Positions 1-10,194 of a stretch of 64,000 nt of DNA are shown here, in pieces. A program made the translations under genes and the position numbers. Within the stretch, counting starts at the first letter, position 1, and each line of letters starts with the position of its first letter. Below the pieces are notes generated by a model that was not told the DNA's origin, made no database searches, and saw nothing but the letters and a program-made list of their open reading frames with translations. Source of the DNA: Candidatus Bathyarchaeota archaeon. GTDB taxonomy: Archaea > Thermoproteota > Bathyarchaeia > TCS64. The stretch covers positions 576,001 through 640,000 of the forward strand of contig CAVYLP010000006.1 in the NCBI GenBank assembly GCA_963769425.1, given 5' to 3'.

Positions 1-1
1 G

Positions 2-322
2 ATGGCGCTCGGACTCGAGGAGGGAAGGGAGAAGCTCGAGGACCTGCCCAAGCTCCAGTCCACAATCGCGGACGGTTACTCCCTGAGCAACGAGTTTATG
101 CGCCGTCTCGAGAAGGAGTGGGGGCTGAAGAAGCCCCTCCCCTCGACTCTCTGCAGGGACATTCAACTGGCCCTCTACGGCCGCAGCTGGAACCTCGCCG
201 ACACAGCGCAGAGGACGGACTTCATCAACTCCGGCGGCCACGGTGACAACGGGTGCCTCAAGGTCTGCGGGATAGCCGCCGAGGTCGCAGCCGAGATGAT
301 TCTGAAGAAGCGCGAGGGCTAG
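2..322 (+). CDS. C-terminal part of a C-GCAxxG-C-C-type putative redox-active protein (5' truncated by window)
   Basis: ORF open at window edge; 'LCRDIQ..LYGRSWNL...GGH...CLKVCGIAA' resembles the C-terminal half of this family. Confidence 0.6.
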   Translation: MALGLEEGREKLEDLPKLQSTIADGYSLSNEFMRRLEKEWGLKKPLPSTLCRDIQLALYGRSWNLADTAQRTDFINSGGHGDNGCLKVCGIAAEVAAEMILKKREG

Positions 323-337
323 CCTCTCATTTAGCTA

Positions 338-390
338 ATTTTGCCTTTTTTCAGGCAAAATAAGGCAAAACTAATGAACAGGTTTATATG
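338..390 (+). promoter_or_regulatory. Inverted repeat ATTTTGCCT-N6-AGGCAAAAT plus TATA box (TTTATA 383-388) upstream of hppA
   Basis: Perfect 9-bp inverted repeat 338-361, extra AGGCAAAA half-site 363-370, TATA-like hexamer; could be an operator or the upstream gene's terminator. Confidence 0.45.
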
Positions 391-485
391 GCGCTCAACG
401 CCGCGTGAACCTAGACCAATAGGAGAACGGCACTGATACTCGTAAGCCGCATCCAAAGGATCTATATTCTATTGAGGAAAACATA

Positions 486-2462
486 TTGGACCCACTCTCC
501 ATACCACTGATCACCGTCGCCCTGACCGGATTATTAATTGTCTACGTCGCTCTACCCATCTTCCGCCGGAGGATACAGTCGGATAAGATCAGGGGCATAT
601 CCGAGAAGATCGAGGTCGGGACAGCGACTTACCTAAACCGCCAGCTCAGGGTCATAGCCCCGTTTGTGCCGATCCTAGGAGTCGGTATCTACTACCTCTT
701 AGGTTGGCGCGCGACAGTCAGCTTCCTAGTTGGAGCGGTACTCAGCCAGCTCTCAGCCTATGCCGTTATGAGGATCGTCGTGAAGGTGCATGGCCGCGTA
801 GCGGAGGACGCGAAGACATCAGGGCTCGCCGCCTTCCGCACAGCAATCCTCGGAGGCAGCGTGATGGGACTCAGCGTCCCCGCCCTCAGCCTACTTGGAT
901 TGACGCTACTCTTCCTCGTCTTCGGTAATCCCGAGGATCTCGTCGGCTTCAGCTTCGGGGCGAGCTTAACTGCTCTATTCGCCCAGATTGGGGGAGGCAT
1001 CTACACCAAGGGCGCGGACATCGGCGCCGACCTCGTGGGCAAGGTCGAGCTCGGCCTACCCGAGGACGACCCCCGCAACCCCGCTGTAATAGCGGACCTC
1101 GTTGGGGACAACGTCGGGGACTGCACAGGCCGCGGAGCGGACCTCTTCGAGAGCTTCAGCGGCGACGTGGTCACGGGGATGATACTGGGCGCGGCTTTCA
1201 TCCCACGCTACGGCCCGGGTGCACTCATCTACCCCCTACTCCTCCAGTGCGTAGGCAACCTCGCCAGCCTTGTCGGTATAGCCCTCGTAAAGCAACTCAA
1301 GCAAAAGCCCGAGACCGCCATAAGGACCGGTTTGATCGTGACCGCGGTCCTCAGCATCATCGGGGCCTACTTCCTCACCGTCGCCCTCATCGGGGAGGTT
1401 AAGATATTCTACGCGGCCCTCAGCGGGATAGCCGCCGTCATCGCCAGTATGTGGACGGCTCAGTACTTCACAGGCTTCGAGGGGAAACCCGTCAAGGCGA
1501 TAGCGGAGGCTAGCAACCGCGGCGCGGGCCTCAACATAATCACCGGTATGGCATATGGTCTGAGGAGCCCGATAGTTCCGGTTGTCGCAGTCGTCGCGGC
1601 GGCAGCCTTCAGCTACCTCATAAACGGGAACATACTCTTCGCGATCGCCATCGCCAACATAGGCACCGACCTCATGGTCGGCTACATAATGTCGACGGAC
1701 GCCTTCGGCCCCATCGTGGACAATGCGGACGGCGTCTCGGAGATGGCCCACAACGAAGGCGCAAGCGAAAACCTAGCTCACCTCGACGCCGTGGGAAACA
1801 GCATGAAGGCGTACACGAAGGCCCTCAGCATGACTACGGGCACACTCACCGCCTTCGCCATACTGATCACCTACTTCCAGATCGCTAACATCCAGAGCCT
1901 GAGCCTCGTAAATCCCTACAACCTCGCCGCCCTCTTCATCGGGGTGACCCTGAGCTTCCTGATATCCAGCCTGCTCATCGGGTCGACGGCGAAGACGGCC
2001 CTCGCGATGGTGGACGAGATCAGGGGACAGTGCGCGGCCAACCCCGACATCATGAAGGGTGAGGCGGAGCCCGACTACGCGCGCTGCATCGACATCAGCA
2101 CAAAGTTCGCCCTCAGGGAGATGATCGTCCCCGCACTGCTGGCAATCGTACCGCCGATAGCCGTGGCGCTGATATTCGGCGCGGAGACCCTCGTCGCACT
2201 ACTGCTCGGCATAACGGTGAGCGCCGTTTCACTCGCCGTCTTCTTCAACAACACCGGCGCCGCCTGGGACAACGCGAAGAAGCTGATCGAGAGGATCCCC
2301 TCGATGAAGGGCACCGAGGCCCACAAGGCGGCGGTGGTCGGGGACACCGTCGGTGACCCAATGAAGGACGTTGCTGGGCCTAGCCTCATCATCTACATGA
2401 AGCTCGTGGGCATGACGGCGCTGCTACTCCTGCCGCTACTCGTCGCGCGGGCGGCGGGGTAA
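486..2462 (+). CDS. hppA: Membrane-bound proton-translocating pyrophosphatase, probably K+-independent
   Basis: Motifs GGIYTKGADIGADLVGK, EDDPRNPAVIADLVGDNVGD, DAFGPIVDNADG, GAAWDNAKK, GDTVGDPMKD; Lys in GNSMKA marks the K+-independent type. Confidence 0.95.
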   Translation: MDPLSIPLITVALTGLLIVYVALPIFRRRIQSDKIRGISEKIEVGTATYLNRQLRVIAPFVPILGVGIYYLLGWRATVSFLVGAVLSQLSAYAVMRIVVKVHGRVAEDAKTSGLAAFRTAILGGSVMGLSVPALSLLGLTLLFLVFGNPEDLVGFSFGASLTALFAQIGGGIYTKGADIGADLVGKVELGLPEDDPRNPAVIADLVGDNVGDCTGRGADLFESFSGDVVTGMILGAAFIPRYGPGALIYPLLLQCVGNLASLVGIALVKQLKQKPETAIRTGLIVTAVLSIIGAYFLTVALIGEVKIFYAALSGIAAVIASMWTAQYFTGFEGKPVKAIAEASNRGAGLNIITGMAYGLRSPIVPVVAVVAAAAFSYLINGNILFAIAIANIGTDLMVGYIMSTDAFGPIVDNADGVSEMAHNEGASENLAHLDAVGNSMKAYTKALSMTTGTLTAFAILITYFQIANIQSLSLVNPYNLAALFIGVTLSFLISSLLIGSTAKTALAMVDEIRGQCAANPDIMKGEAEPDYARCIDISTKFALREMIVPALLAIVPPIAVALIFGAETLVALLLGITVSAVSLAVFFNNTGAAWDNAKKLIERIPSMKGTEAHKAAVVGDTVGDPMKDVAGPSLIIYMKLVGMTALLLLPLLVARAAG

Positions 2463-2498
2463 GAGATTAATACAAGCCCCCAACATTTCTGGATGCAC

Positions 2499-2574
2499 GC
2501 GGTTGTAGTCTAGCCTGGTAGGATACCTGCCTGCCACGCAGGAAACCCGGGTCCGAATCCCGGCGACCGCACCA
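2499..2574 (+). tRNA. tRNA-Gly(GCC)
   Basis: Cloverleaf: acceptor GCGGTTG/CGACCGC, anticodon stem CCTGC/GCAGG with loop CT-GCC-AC, T-arm CCGGG-TCCGAAT-CCCGG, encoded CCA. Confidence 0.95.
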
Positions 2575-2580
2575 AACATT

Positions 2581-3225
2581 CTAACCAGCTTTCTCGGCGA
2601 TTAGAATCCACGCTATATGATAATGGGTTCTTGCTCCGGGGTGGGGCTCCTCGTAATCGTGCTCGTAGAGCTCCTTGATGTTGAGGGCGGAGAAGTCGCG
2701 GCGCAGTTCATCCTCCGTTGAGAGGTGGATGTATTTGCCGTCGACCCAGGTGTTCTCCTCGCCCTGAACGGGGGTGCCGACGCCGTAGTGCTCCTTATCG
2801 TTGACGGAGATGGCGTTCATGTAGAGTACGCCGTCCGGACCGAGTAGGCGGGCCACGTGCTCCGCGAGGTCTCGGCGCCCCTCGGGGGGTAAAAGGTGGT
2901 AGAGGTTTGAGACGAGGACGGCGTCGAAGTAGCTGTGCAGGTCGCGGAAGTCCATGAGCCTGAACTCGGCTTTCGTCGCCTGCGCCTTCAAGGCGTTCTC
3001 CTTCGCCATCTCTATGGCCTTCTCCGAGATGTCGATGCCCAGGACCCTGAAGCCGAGGCTCTTTGCGACGTATATGGAGTCGCGGCCGTAGCCGCAGCCG
3101 ATGTCTAGGACGCGTAGCGGCCTGCCCTTGTGGCGTATGAGCCGCTTGGAAGCCTCTAGGGCGAGTTCACTGGGCCTCTCTCCCCATATCTGCCTGTATT
3201 TGTTGTATTCGGCGTCCCAGGACAA
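2581..3225 (-). CDS. Class I SAM-dependent methyltransferase
   Basis: VLDIGCGYGRD motif I and GIDIS motif II; probable TTG start at 3225 downstream of a TTTAAT box (the longer ORF overlaps mgtA). Confidence 0.85.
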   Translation of the reverse strand: MSWDAEYNKYRQIWGERPSELALEASKRLIRHKGRPLRVLDIGCGYGRDSIYVAKSLGFRVLGIDISEKAIEMAKENALKAQATKAEFRLMDFRDLHSYFDAVLVSNLYHLLPPEGRRDLAEHVARLLGPDGVLYMNAISVNDKEHYGVGTPVQGEENTWVDGKYIHLSTEDELRRDFSALNIKELYEHDYEEPHPGARTHYHIAWILIAEKAG

Positions 3226-3266
3226 TCGTCGTCGCCCAACCGAAACGGGTACACGGATTAAAGCGT

Positions 3267-5810
3267 TTACCCACTCTCCAGGAGGTGCGTGTACCTCCGG
3301 TAGAAGAGGAGCTTGACGCCCTCGACCATGGCGAGGTAGGCGGCGACGAGGCCAGCGAGGAGGATGTAGAAGCTCGGCGGGGGCGGTATGAAGCCGAATA
3401 GAGCGCCGACTGGCGTGTACGGGAGCACATAGGCGGACGCCAGTATGGCGAGGCATGCTGCCACTAAGTACTTGCTTGGCCTGCTCCTCCAGAAGGGGAC
3501 GACCTGCGTCCTGATGACGAAGACAACGAGGGTCTGCGTCGTGAGGGACTCGAGGAACCAGCCCGTCTGGAAGAGGCCCTGAGAGGCAGAGAAGACCCAT
3601 AGCATCACGAAGAAGGTGAGGAAGTCGAATAGGCTGCTTATGGGACCGAACCAGACCATGAAGCGGCGTATGAATCGGATGTTCATCTTCTTCGGCTTCT
3701 CGACGTAGGACTCGTCGACGTGGTCGGCGGTGATGGTGGTCTGACTGAGGTCGTAGAGGAGGTTGTTGAGGAGTATCTGGGTGGGCAGCATGGGGAGGAA
3801 GGGAAGAAATAGGGAAGCGCCGGCGACGCTGAACATGTTGCCGAAGTTGCTGCTAGTCCCCATCATTATGTACTTCATCGTGTTGCCGAAGGTGCGCCGC
3901 CCCTCGATGACACCGTCCTGGAGGACCTTGAGGTCCTTCTCCAGCAGGATTATGTCCGCGCTCTCCTTTGCGACGTCGACTGCGTTGTCGACGCTGATGC
4001 CTACATCTGCTCGTTTGAGGCTGGGGGCATCATTTATGCCGTCGCCGAGGAAGCCGACGACGTGACCGTTCCTGCGGAGGGCTCCCATGATCCGGTCCTT
4101 CTGGCTCGGGTTTACTCTCGCGAAGACGTTGGCGTCCTCGACGACGCGCTGGATGGCGTCGTCCCCCATTAGGGCGAGGTCGCTGCCGAGGACCACCCGC
4201 TTAACCTTGAATCCGAGCTGCTCGCAGGTGTGGAGGGTGACCAGCTCGTTGTCCCCAGTGAGTATCTTGAGTTCGACGCCGACACGGTTTAGGAGGTTGA
4301 GGCTCTCCATCGCGGTCTGCTTCGGGGGGTCGAGGAAGGCGACGAAGCCGAGGAAGACCATGTCACTCTCGTCGGCAATGGAGTAAGTTGGCTTCTCGTC
4401 CCTTAGCTTACGGTATGCGACGCCGAGGACCCTGAAGCCCTGCGCGCTTAACTCCCGGTGCCGGGAGATTATCCTCTCCTTAACCTTCTCGGTGAGGTCG
4501 GAGGCCCCGTCAGCAATGTCAGCGTGGGCGCAGACACTCAGCACCTCCTCCGGTGCCCCCTTAGTAAGTAGGAGCCTTCCCCCGTTCTTCGAGGCGACTA
4601 TCGAGACGCGGCGCCTCACGAAGTCGAAGGGTATCTCGTCGACCTTCTCATATTCGGTTATTGGCATGTTCTTGAAGGCCAGAATGGCCTCGTCGAGGGG
4701 GCTACGGAGCCCCGTCTGGTAGTAGCTGTTGAGGTAGCCGTACTCAAGGACCCTGTCGTCGTCTTTGCCATCAATGTCGACGTGGAGGACTAGGGTGATC
4801 TTGTTCTCGGTGAGTGTGCCCGTCTTGTCGGTGCAGAGGATGTCCATGCTGCCGAAGTTCTGTATGGAGCTTAGGCGCTTGACGAGGACGCCGTGCCTGC
4901 TCATAGCGAGGGCGCCCTTGCTGAGGTTAACGGAGATTATCATAGGGAGCAGCTCTGGGGTGAGGCCGACGGCGAGGGCGACGCTGAAGAGGAGGGACTC
5001 AAGGACGCCCCGGCGGAATAGGGCGTTTACGAAGAAGACGAAGATGACGAGGACGAAGGTCACCTGCATTATCAGGTAGCCGAAGCGGCGGAGGCCCCGC
5101 TCCATCTCCGTCTCCTCGCCCCGGGCGGCGAGGCTCTTCGCGATCTTCCCGTACTCCGTGGAGCCGCCTGTCCTGCCAACGACGGCGGTCGCTGTCCCGC
5201 TGACGACGCTGCTTCCCGTGAAGGCGATGTTCGTCCAGTCGGTGAGGGATGCCCCCGCCTCGGCGAGTGGGGCGGGGCCCTTCTCGACTGGAAAGGACTC
5301 ACCGGTGAGGGCGGACTGGTTAAGGAAGAAGTCCTTCGCGGTGAGCAGGCGTGAGTCGGCGGGGATCATGTCTCCAGCGCTGAAGTATAGGATGTCACCG
5401 GGGACGACCTCGGTGAATTTTATCTCCTTCTTCACCCCGTCTCTTATGGCGGTGCAAGTGGAGACGAGTTTGGAGCGGAGTAGCTCCGCGGCTTGGTGGG
5501 CCTTGGACTGCTGGTAGAAGTCGAGGGAGGCGCTCGCGATTATTATGGTGAATATTATGGCGGAGTCTATGACCTCGCCGAAGTAGAGGGAGACGGCGCC
5601 GGCGAAGATCAGGAGGAGTATGAGGGGGCTGCGGAACTGGAGGAGGAACTCGACGGCGGTGGCGCGTCTCTTACGGGCCGCTACCTCGTTCGCGCCGTAT
5701 GCCTCAAGGCGCCTCTCAACCTCGGCCGTTGTGAGCCCCTGCTCGGTCGAGCCGAGTCTCTTGAGCACGTCGGCCTGGGGTAGGGTCAGGAGGTCGGCCA
5801 CTGAGACCAT
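3267..5810 (-). CDS. mgtA: Magnesium-translocating P-type ATPase (P3B)
   Basis: DKTGTLT phosphorylation site, TGES, GLTPELLP, GDGINDAP, and SSNFGNMFS / QILLNNLLYD typical of MgtA. Confidence 0.93.
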   Translation of the reverse strand: MVSVADLLTLPQADVLKRLGSTEQGLTTAEVERRLEAYGANEVAARKRRATAVEFLLQFRSPLILLLIFAGAVSLYFGEVIDSAIIFTIIIASASLDFYQQSKAHQAAELLRSKLVSTCTAIRDGVKKEIKFTEVVPGDILYFSAGDMIPADSRLLTAKDFFLNQSALTGESFPVEKGPAPLAEAGASLTDWTNIAFTGSSVVSGTATAVVGRTGGSTEYGKIAKSLAARGEETEMERGLRRFGYLIMQVTFVLVIFVFFVNALFRRGVLESLLFSVALAVGLTPELLPMIISVNLSKGALAMSRHGVLVKRLSSIQNFGSMDILCTDKTGTLTENKITLVLHVDIDGKDDDRVLEYGYLNSYYQTGLRSPLDEAILAFKNMPITEYEKVDEIPFDFVRRRVSIVASKNGGRLLLTKGAPEEVLSVCAHADIADGASDLTEKVKERIISRHRELSAQGFRVLGVAYRKLRDEKPTYSIADESDMVFLGFVAFLDPPKQTAMESLNLLNRVGVELKILTGDNELVTLHTCEQLGFKVKRVVLGSDLALMGDDAIQRVVEDANVFARVNPSQKDRIMGALRRNGHVVGFLGDGINDAPSLKRADVGISVDNAVDVAKESADIILLEKDLKVLQDGVIEGRRTFGNTMKYIMMGTSSNFGNMFSVAGASLFLPFLPMLPTQILLNNLLYDLSQTTITADHVDESYVEKPKKMNIRFIRRFMVWFGPISSLFDFLTFFVMLWVFSASQGLFQTGWFLESLTTQTLVVFVIRTQVVPFWRSRPSKYLVAACLAILASAYVLPYTPVGALFGFIPPPPSFYILLAGLVAAYLAMVEGVKLLFYRRYTHLLESG

Positions 5811-5963
5811 TTCGGTCTCTCCCGGTCTGCGGGATTCGGAGGGTTTTCTAGTGGCCGTAGTGTCTCCCCGTTAACTGTTGGGAGACGGGGATTTCCCGCT
5901 TATATGATGTGCTGATCAGGTATCTTATCCCTCGAACGCGTGGCGCGGTCTCTTTATGAGTTT

Positions 5964-6227
5964 TTACCTATAATCGTCAAGGTCTTCATCTTTTTCCGAT
6001 TCCTCTTCTTCCTCGTCCTCTTCCTCTTCCGTCACCGTCTCAACCGCCTCATGCTCCTTCTCGCGTTCCTCCTCGTGCTCGGCATCACGATTCTCCTCGT
6101 CCTTCTCCGAGCAGTTTATGCACAGCTTCTCCTCGGGTGAGCCGTCGTCTTCGCAGAACTTTACACCACATTTACCGCATAGGTACAGCTTCTCAACGTT
6201 TTCCCCGCAGATCCCGCATTCTGGCAT
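5964..6227 (-). CDS. Small Cys-rich zinc-finger protein with acidic tail
   Basis: CxxC-x9-CxxC-x4-C-x10-CxxC followed by an E/D-rich tail. Confidence 0.7.
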   Translation of the reverse strand: MPECGICGENVEKLYLCGKCGVKFCEDDGSPEEKLCINCSEKDEENRDAEHEEEREKEHEAVETVTEEEEDEEEEESEKDEDLDDYR

Positions 6228-6366
6228 GTATTAGTTGCTGGGATTCCTTCACTTTAACCATCCCAAATGGGGGCGTCTGATCGCCATCCGCCCTTATGGT
6301 TTTCGGCTCAGCTCGCAGGTTGCCAGCAGGTTATATGTCCCGGTGCAACGTAGGTTATTGATTTTC

Positions 6367-7701
6367 TTGAGCGTGGCTTGGACCGCCGCCTTGGAGGCCC
6401 TCAGCTGGGTCGAGCTTCAGGGTATGAACGAGGACGCCGCCCTGAGGAAGACGCTGAAGCAGCTCAGGGTCGAAGACAGGCGGGTCGCGGGGGAGGCAGG
6501 TGAACTCCTCTACGCCGTGTCGGCAAGGAGGAACGCACTCGACTGCCTCATCAACCAGGCCCTCGAGCCGGATGACGTCGACGGCCTCGACGTTGGTCTG
6601 AGGAGCTTCCTCAGGCTCTACGCCTATATGGTGCACTATGGCGGCGGCCCGGGCGCCGAGGCCTACAGGTTCGCAGAGCATATCAGAGGGGTCCTCGGCA
6701 GGAAGGCGTTCAAGGCCGTGGAGGAGGCTATCGATCTCATCCCCCACCAGAGGATACCTTGGGGGAGCCTGAGCCGCGTGGAGGCGTTGGCCTACGAGAA
6801 CTTCCTGCCGACCTGGTTCGTGGAGTATGTCTGCGCCACGTTCGACGAGGGGATCGCGGCCGACCTATTGTCCCCCGTTGAGACGCCGAAGTATGTTCGG
6901 GTCAACACCCTTCGGGGGGGCGAGTCGCCGATACCCGGGTTGGAGGCACTGGGCTTCAGGTTCGAGGCCGTGCAGGGTATTCGCCATGCCTACCGAGTTC
7001 TCGGGGGCTCGGCGGGGCTAACCGACACCGCCCCCTACAGGGAGGGGGGCTTCATCCTGCAGGATAAGGCGAGCATGCTCGTGGGGGAGGTCGCGGCGCC
7101 GGGTCCTGGGGACGTCGTTCTGGATGTCTGCGCCGCGCCGGGGGTGAAGACGAGCCACCTCGCCCAGCTCATGGGCAACCGGGGGAGGATCATATCGGTG
7201 GACGTCAACGAGGGGAGGCTCGCATCCTGGGAGCGGCTGATGGAGAGGATGGGAGTGAGCATAGCGGAGCCGGTGCTCGGGGACGCGTCGAGGGCCGACG
7301 GGCTCCCGGATGTGGTCGCCGACCTGGTCCTGCTGGACCCCCCGTGCTCGGGGACGGGCACATTCAACGGCATCCCATCGACGAAGTGGAGGGTGACGCG
7401 CGCCTCCATCGACGAGTACGCGGCCCTGCAGGGGAGGCTCATAGAGAACGCGGCGACGCACGTGAAGCCGGGTGGGGCGCTCGTCTACAGCACCTGCAGC
7501 GTCTCGGTGGAGGAGAACGAGGGGGTCGTGGGAGGGTTCCTAGGGAAGCACCCCGAGTTCAGGCTTGTGGAGGCGGCACCGAGGCTCGGGGCACCGGGGC
7601 TGCGCGGCCTCGTTGAGGCCCAGAGGCTCTACCCGAAGACGCATGGGTGCGAGGGCTTCTTCATAGCGAGGCTGGTGGCGGATGCCCCGGGTCTACGGTG
7701 A
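6367..7701 (+). CDS. RsmB/NOL1/NOP2 family RNA m5C methyltransferase with N-terminal NusB-like domain
   Basis: YVRVNTL, LQDKAS, DVCAAPGVKT, LLDPPCSGTG, YSTCS..EENE motifs; probable TTG start at 6367. Confidence 0.9.
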   Translation: MSVAWTAALEALSWVELQGMNEDAALRKTLKQLRVEDRRVAGEAGELLYAVSARRNALDCLINQALEPDDVDGLDVGLRSFLRLYAYMVHYGGGPGAEAYRFAEHIRGVLGRKAFKAVEEAIDLIPHQRIPWGSLSRVEALAYENFLPTWFVEYVCATFDEGIAADLLSPVETPKYVRVNTLRGGESPIPGLEALGFRFEAVQGIRHAYRVLGGSAGLTDTAPYREGGFILQDKASMLVGEVAAPGPGDVVLDVCAAPGVKTSHLAQLMGNRGRIISVDVNEGRLASWERLMERMGVSIAEPVLGDASRADGLPDVVADLVLLDPPCSGTGTFNGIPSTKWRVTRASIDEYAALQGRLIENAATHVKPGGALVYSTCSVSVEENEGVVGGFLGKHPEFRLVEAAPRLGAPGLRGLVEAQRLYPKTHGCEGFFIARLVADAPGLR

Positions 7702-10147
7702 CCGGTGGGGCTCCCCGTTCACCTTGACGCCGTTGAGGTTGCCGTGGATCACCTCGACGCCGTGTGTGAGGTTTCCCTTCTCGTCTCTCTTCTGGGTGTA
7801 GGTGCCCCAGGCGGTTCCGGTGCTCCAGAAGCAGCGGAAGTCGTCAACGTTGATCTGGGGGGTGAAGCTGATCCTCTTCTCAGCCATGTCGCACTGGTAG
7901 CCGCTGAGGGCGAGGATTAGTCCCCAGCTGGACATGCTGCGGGCGTAGTGGTGGCCGCACTCGAACTCGTCCCAGGGGTTGCGACGGACGCCGTCGTGGC
8001 GGTCCCTCACGGCTTTGACGATGGCTAGGCCCTCGTCGAGGAGGCCCTCCCAGATTAGGTGGGCGGCGACCTGGTACTCTATCCCCGTCCACACCTCGTG
8101 GCTGTAGGGGAAGGGTATTCTGGGCCTCCCACCGTTGGGCCAGGTGCATAGTAGGAGCCCCGCCTCGTCGTTGAGGGCGTAGGTTCGCTGGCAGTTATCG
8201 TGGTGGGTGAAGTCGGTGAGGAGGTTGTGGGCATAGACGGCGCCGATGGCCTTCTTCACCCTCCTCGGGGGGAGGAGGTAACCGAGGCCGGCGAGGTGGG
8301 CGTTGAGCTGCCCGAGGAGCTGATCGGCGAGGCAGCCGACGCCGTGCTGGTACTTGTAAGCATTAACATCAGGAAGGCGCTGCTCGTAGTACTCGCCATT
8401 CCATAGCGTCCTGTCGAGGCGCCTGCCACCCTTGCCGTAGAGCCGGCTGTAGCGGTCCGCCGTCTCGTAGTCGCCGGCGGCCTCAGCCATCTTGGTTGCT
8501 GCCCTGAGGGCTGCGAGGTAGATGACGCCGGTGAGGGGGTTGGGGCCGTAGAACTGGATGTCGTAGGTGTTGTGCTGGCGCCCGTCGGTGACGCCGTCCT
8601 CGTCGGGGTCCCATGTCCTGATGGAATAGTCCATCGAGAGTTTTACATGGGGCCAGAGGCCGGTCATCCACGCCGTGTCCCCTGATAGCTTCCACTCGCG
8701 GTAGACGCGTGTTATGCTGCCTAGTTGGCCGTCGCTGGCGGGGTCGGCGGTGTCGGAGTTTATGGTGCCGGGGAAGGCGTTCCTGACGCGGAAGTTCATC
8801 TCCCCGTCCGGGTGGGTCTCGCTTCGGAACTCGGTCTCCCGCATGGATCGCTCGAGCGGTGGGGAAGAGGTAGGCGAGCGTCTGCTCGTAGTTCCAGACG
8901 TGTGTGCAGCTGCCGCTACAGCAGCCGGCGTCGTCGAAGCAGCCCTCGTATGCGAGGAACGTGCCGTCTTCGAGCCAGAAGCAGGTGTTGCTGCGGAGGG
9001 CGGTGATGTTCGCGGAGGCGGCGTCTAGGACGTGGGCGGGGAGGGTGCTGCCGAATAGGGCGTCGTGGAAGGCGCGGGTCATGCCGTCGAGGTGGTCCCA
9101 CGTGTCGACCATGTAGCGGGCGACCTCCCAAGCGTCGTCGAAGCGGACCGCGTAGCGGTTCCTGACGATACCCTGCTCGCAGTCGCCCCCGCAGGCGCAG
9201 AGGCGCTGGTCCCAGTGGCGGACCCTGTTGGGGAAGTGCCACGAGAGTATGAAGCGGAACCGCTTCTCCTCGCCGGGGTCGATCTCCTCGGTTGCGCCGA
9301 TGCTGGCGATGTCGGTTTTGCCCTCCTCGCTGGGCTCCGCGTAGCCGTGTGGGGTGAGGCGCCCGTCCTGCAGGTCGTCCCAGTACTCTCGAAGGGCGTC
9401 CCACCAGCCGCTGCGGAGCCACTGGGGCTTTGCTGTGGTGCGCTTGTTGGTGGTTGCGAGGGCGAGGCTGCCGTGGAGGATGTCGTCGTCTGGGTGTTTC
9501 CGTGACCAGAGGTAGACGCCGGTTAGGCCGTTATCGCTCCGCAGCTCGTTGACGTTGCCCCCGAATCCACCCGTCTTCAGGGCGCCGAACTGATCGACGC
9601 CGGTGAAGCCCACGGCGTTCGTGAGGCTTCCGACGACCGTGGCCTCGATGGGGACAGTTCCAGTGTTCTTGACGGTGTAGGTGAGGATGGTGGCGGGGAG
9701 GCCGGAGTCGTCTGGCTCGTGCGGGATGAGGGGGGTGTACGCCTCAAGCGTCACCTTGATGGGCAGTTCCTCGTCCCAGAGGTCGACCCAGAGGAATGGG
9801 TACTCGCCGCGCATCTCGCTGTGGGCGAAGCGTGGCAGCCCCGCGGTTGTGCTGGGGTGGAAGCCGTGGCTCTCTGCATATGGCGGCTGGAGGCGCGACT
9901 CCAAGACTCGGGTATCGACCCTGCTCCCCTGTCTTACGGCGACGCTGAAGAAGCCGTAGGGCATCCTCTGCCCCTTCGCGGACCTATTGAATATCTCCCA
10001 GTCGCGGAGCTCGCCGCGCGCCCCGATGCTGACGTTGCCTGTGCCTATGCCGCCGAGGAGAAACGCCGCCTGCGTCGCCTCGGGGCCGTAGCTGTGCTGG
10101 GGGCCGGTCGCCCTCAGCTTCTTCCTTGGGTAGGATAGCCTCGCCAT
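7693..10147 (-). CDS. GH116 non-lysosomal glucosylceramidase-like beta-glycosidase (single frameshift near 8860)
   Basis: LGGIGTG N-terminus, CTHVWNY, QHNTYD, EVWTGIEY, ECGHHYARSMSSW; ORFs 8483-10147 and 7693-8844 join if one C is removed from the CCCC run in LFP. Confidence 0.88.
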
Positions 10148-10194
10148 CGGATCACTGGTGAGACTTCCGCCGAAGGTTTAGAAAACATTTGTTG

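Noticed and set aside
374-436. uORF MNRFIWR... before hppA resembling the ilv mini-ORFs
   Set aside because: Its ATG is upstream of the TATA box and the 'FI' codons are the TATA itself; coincidental
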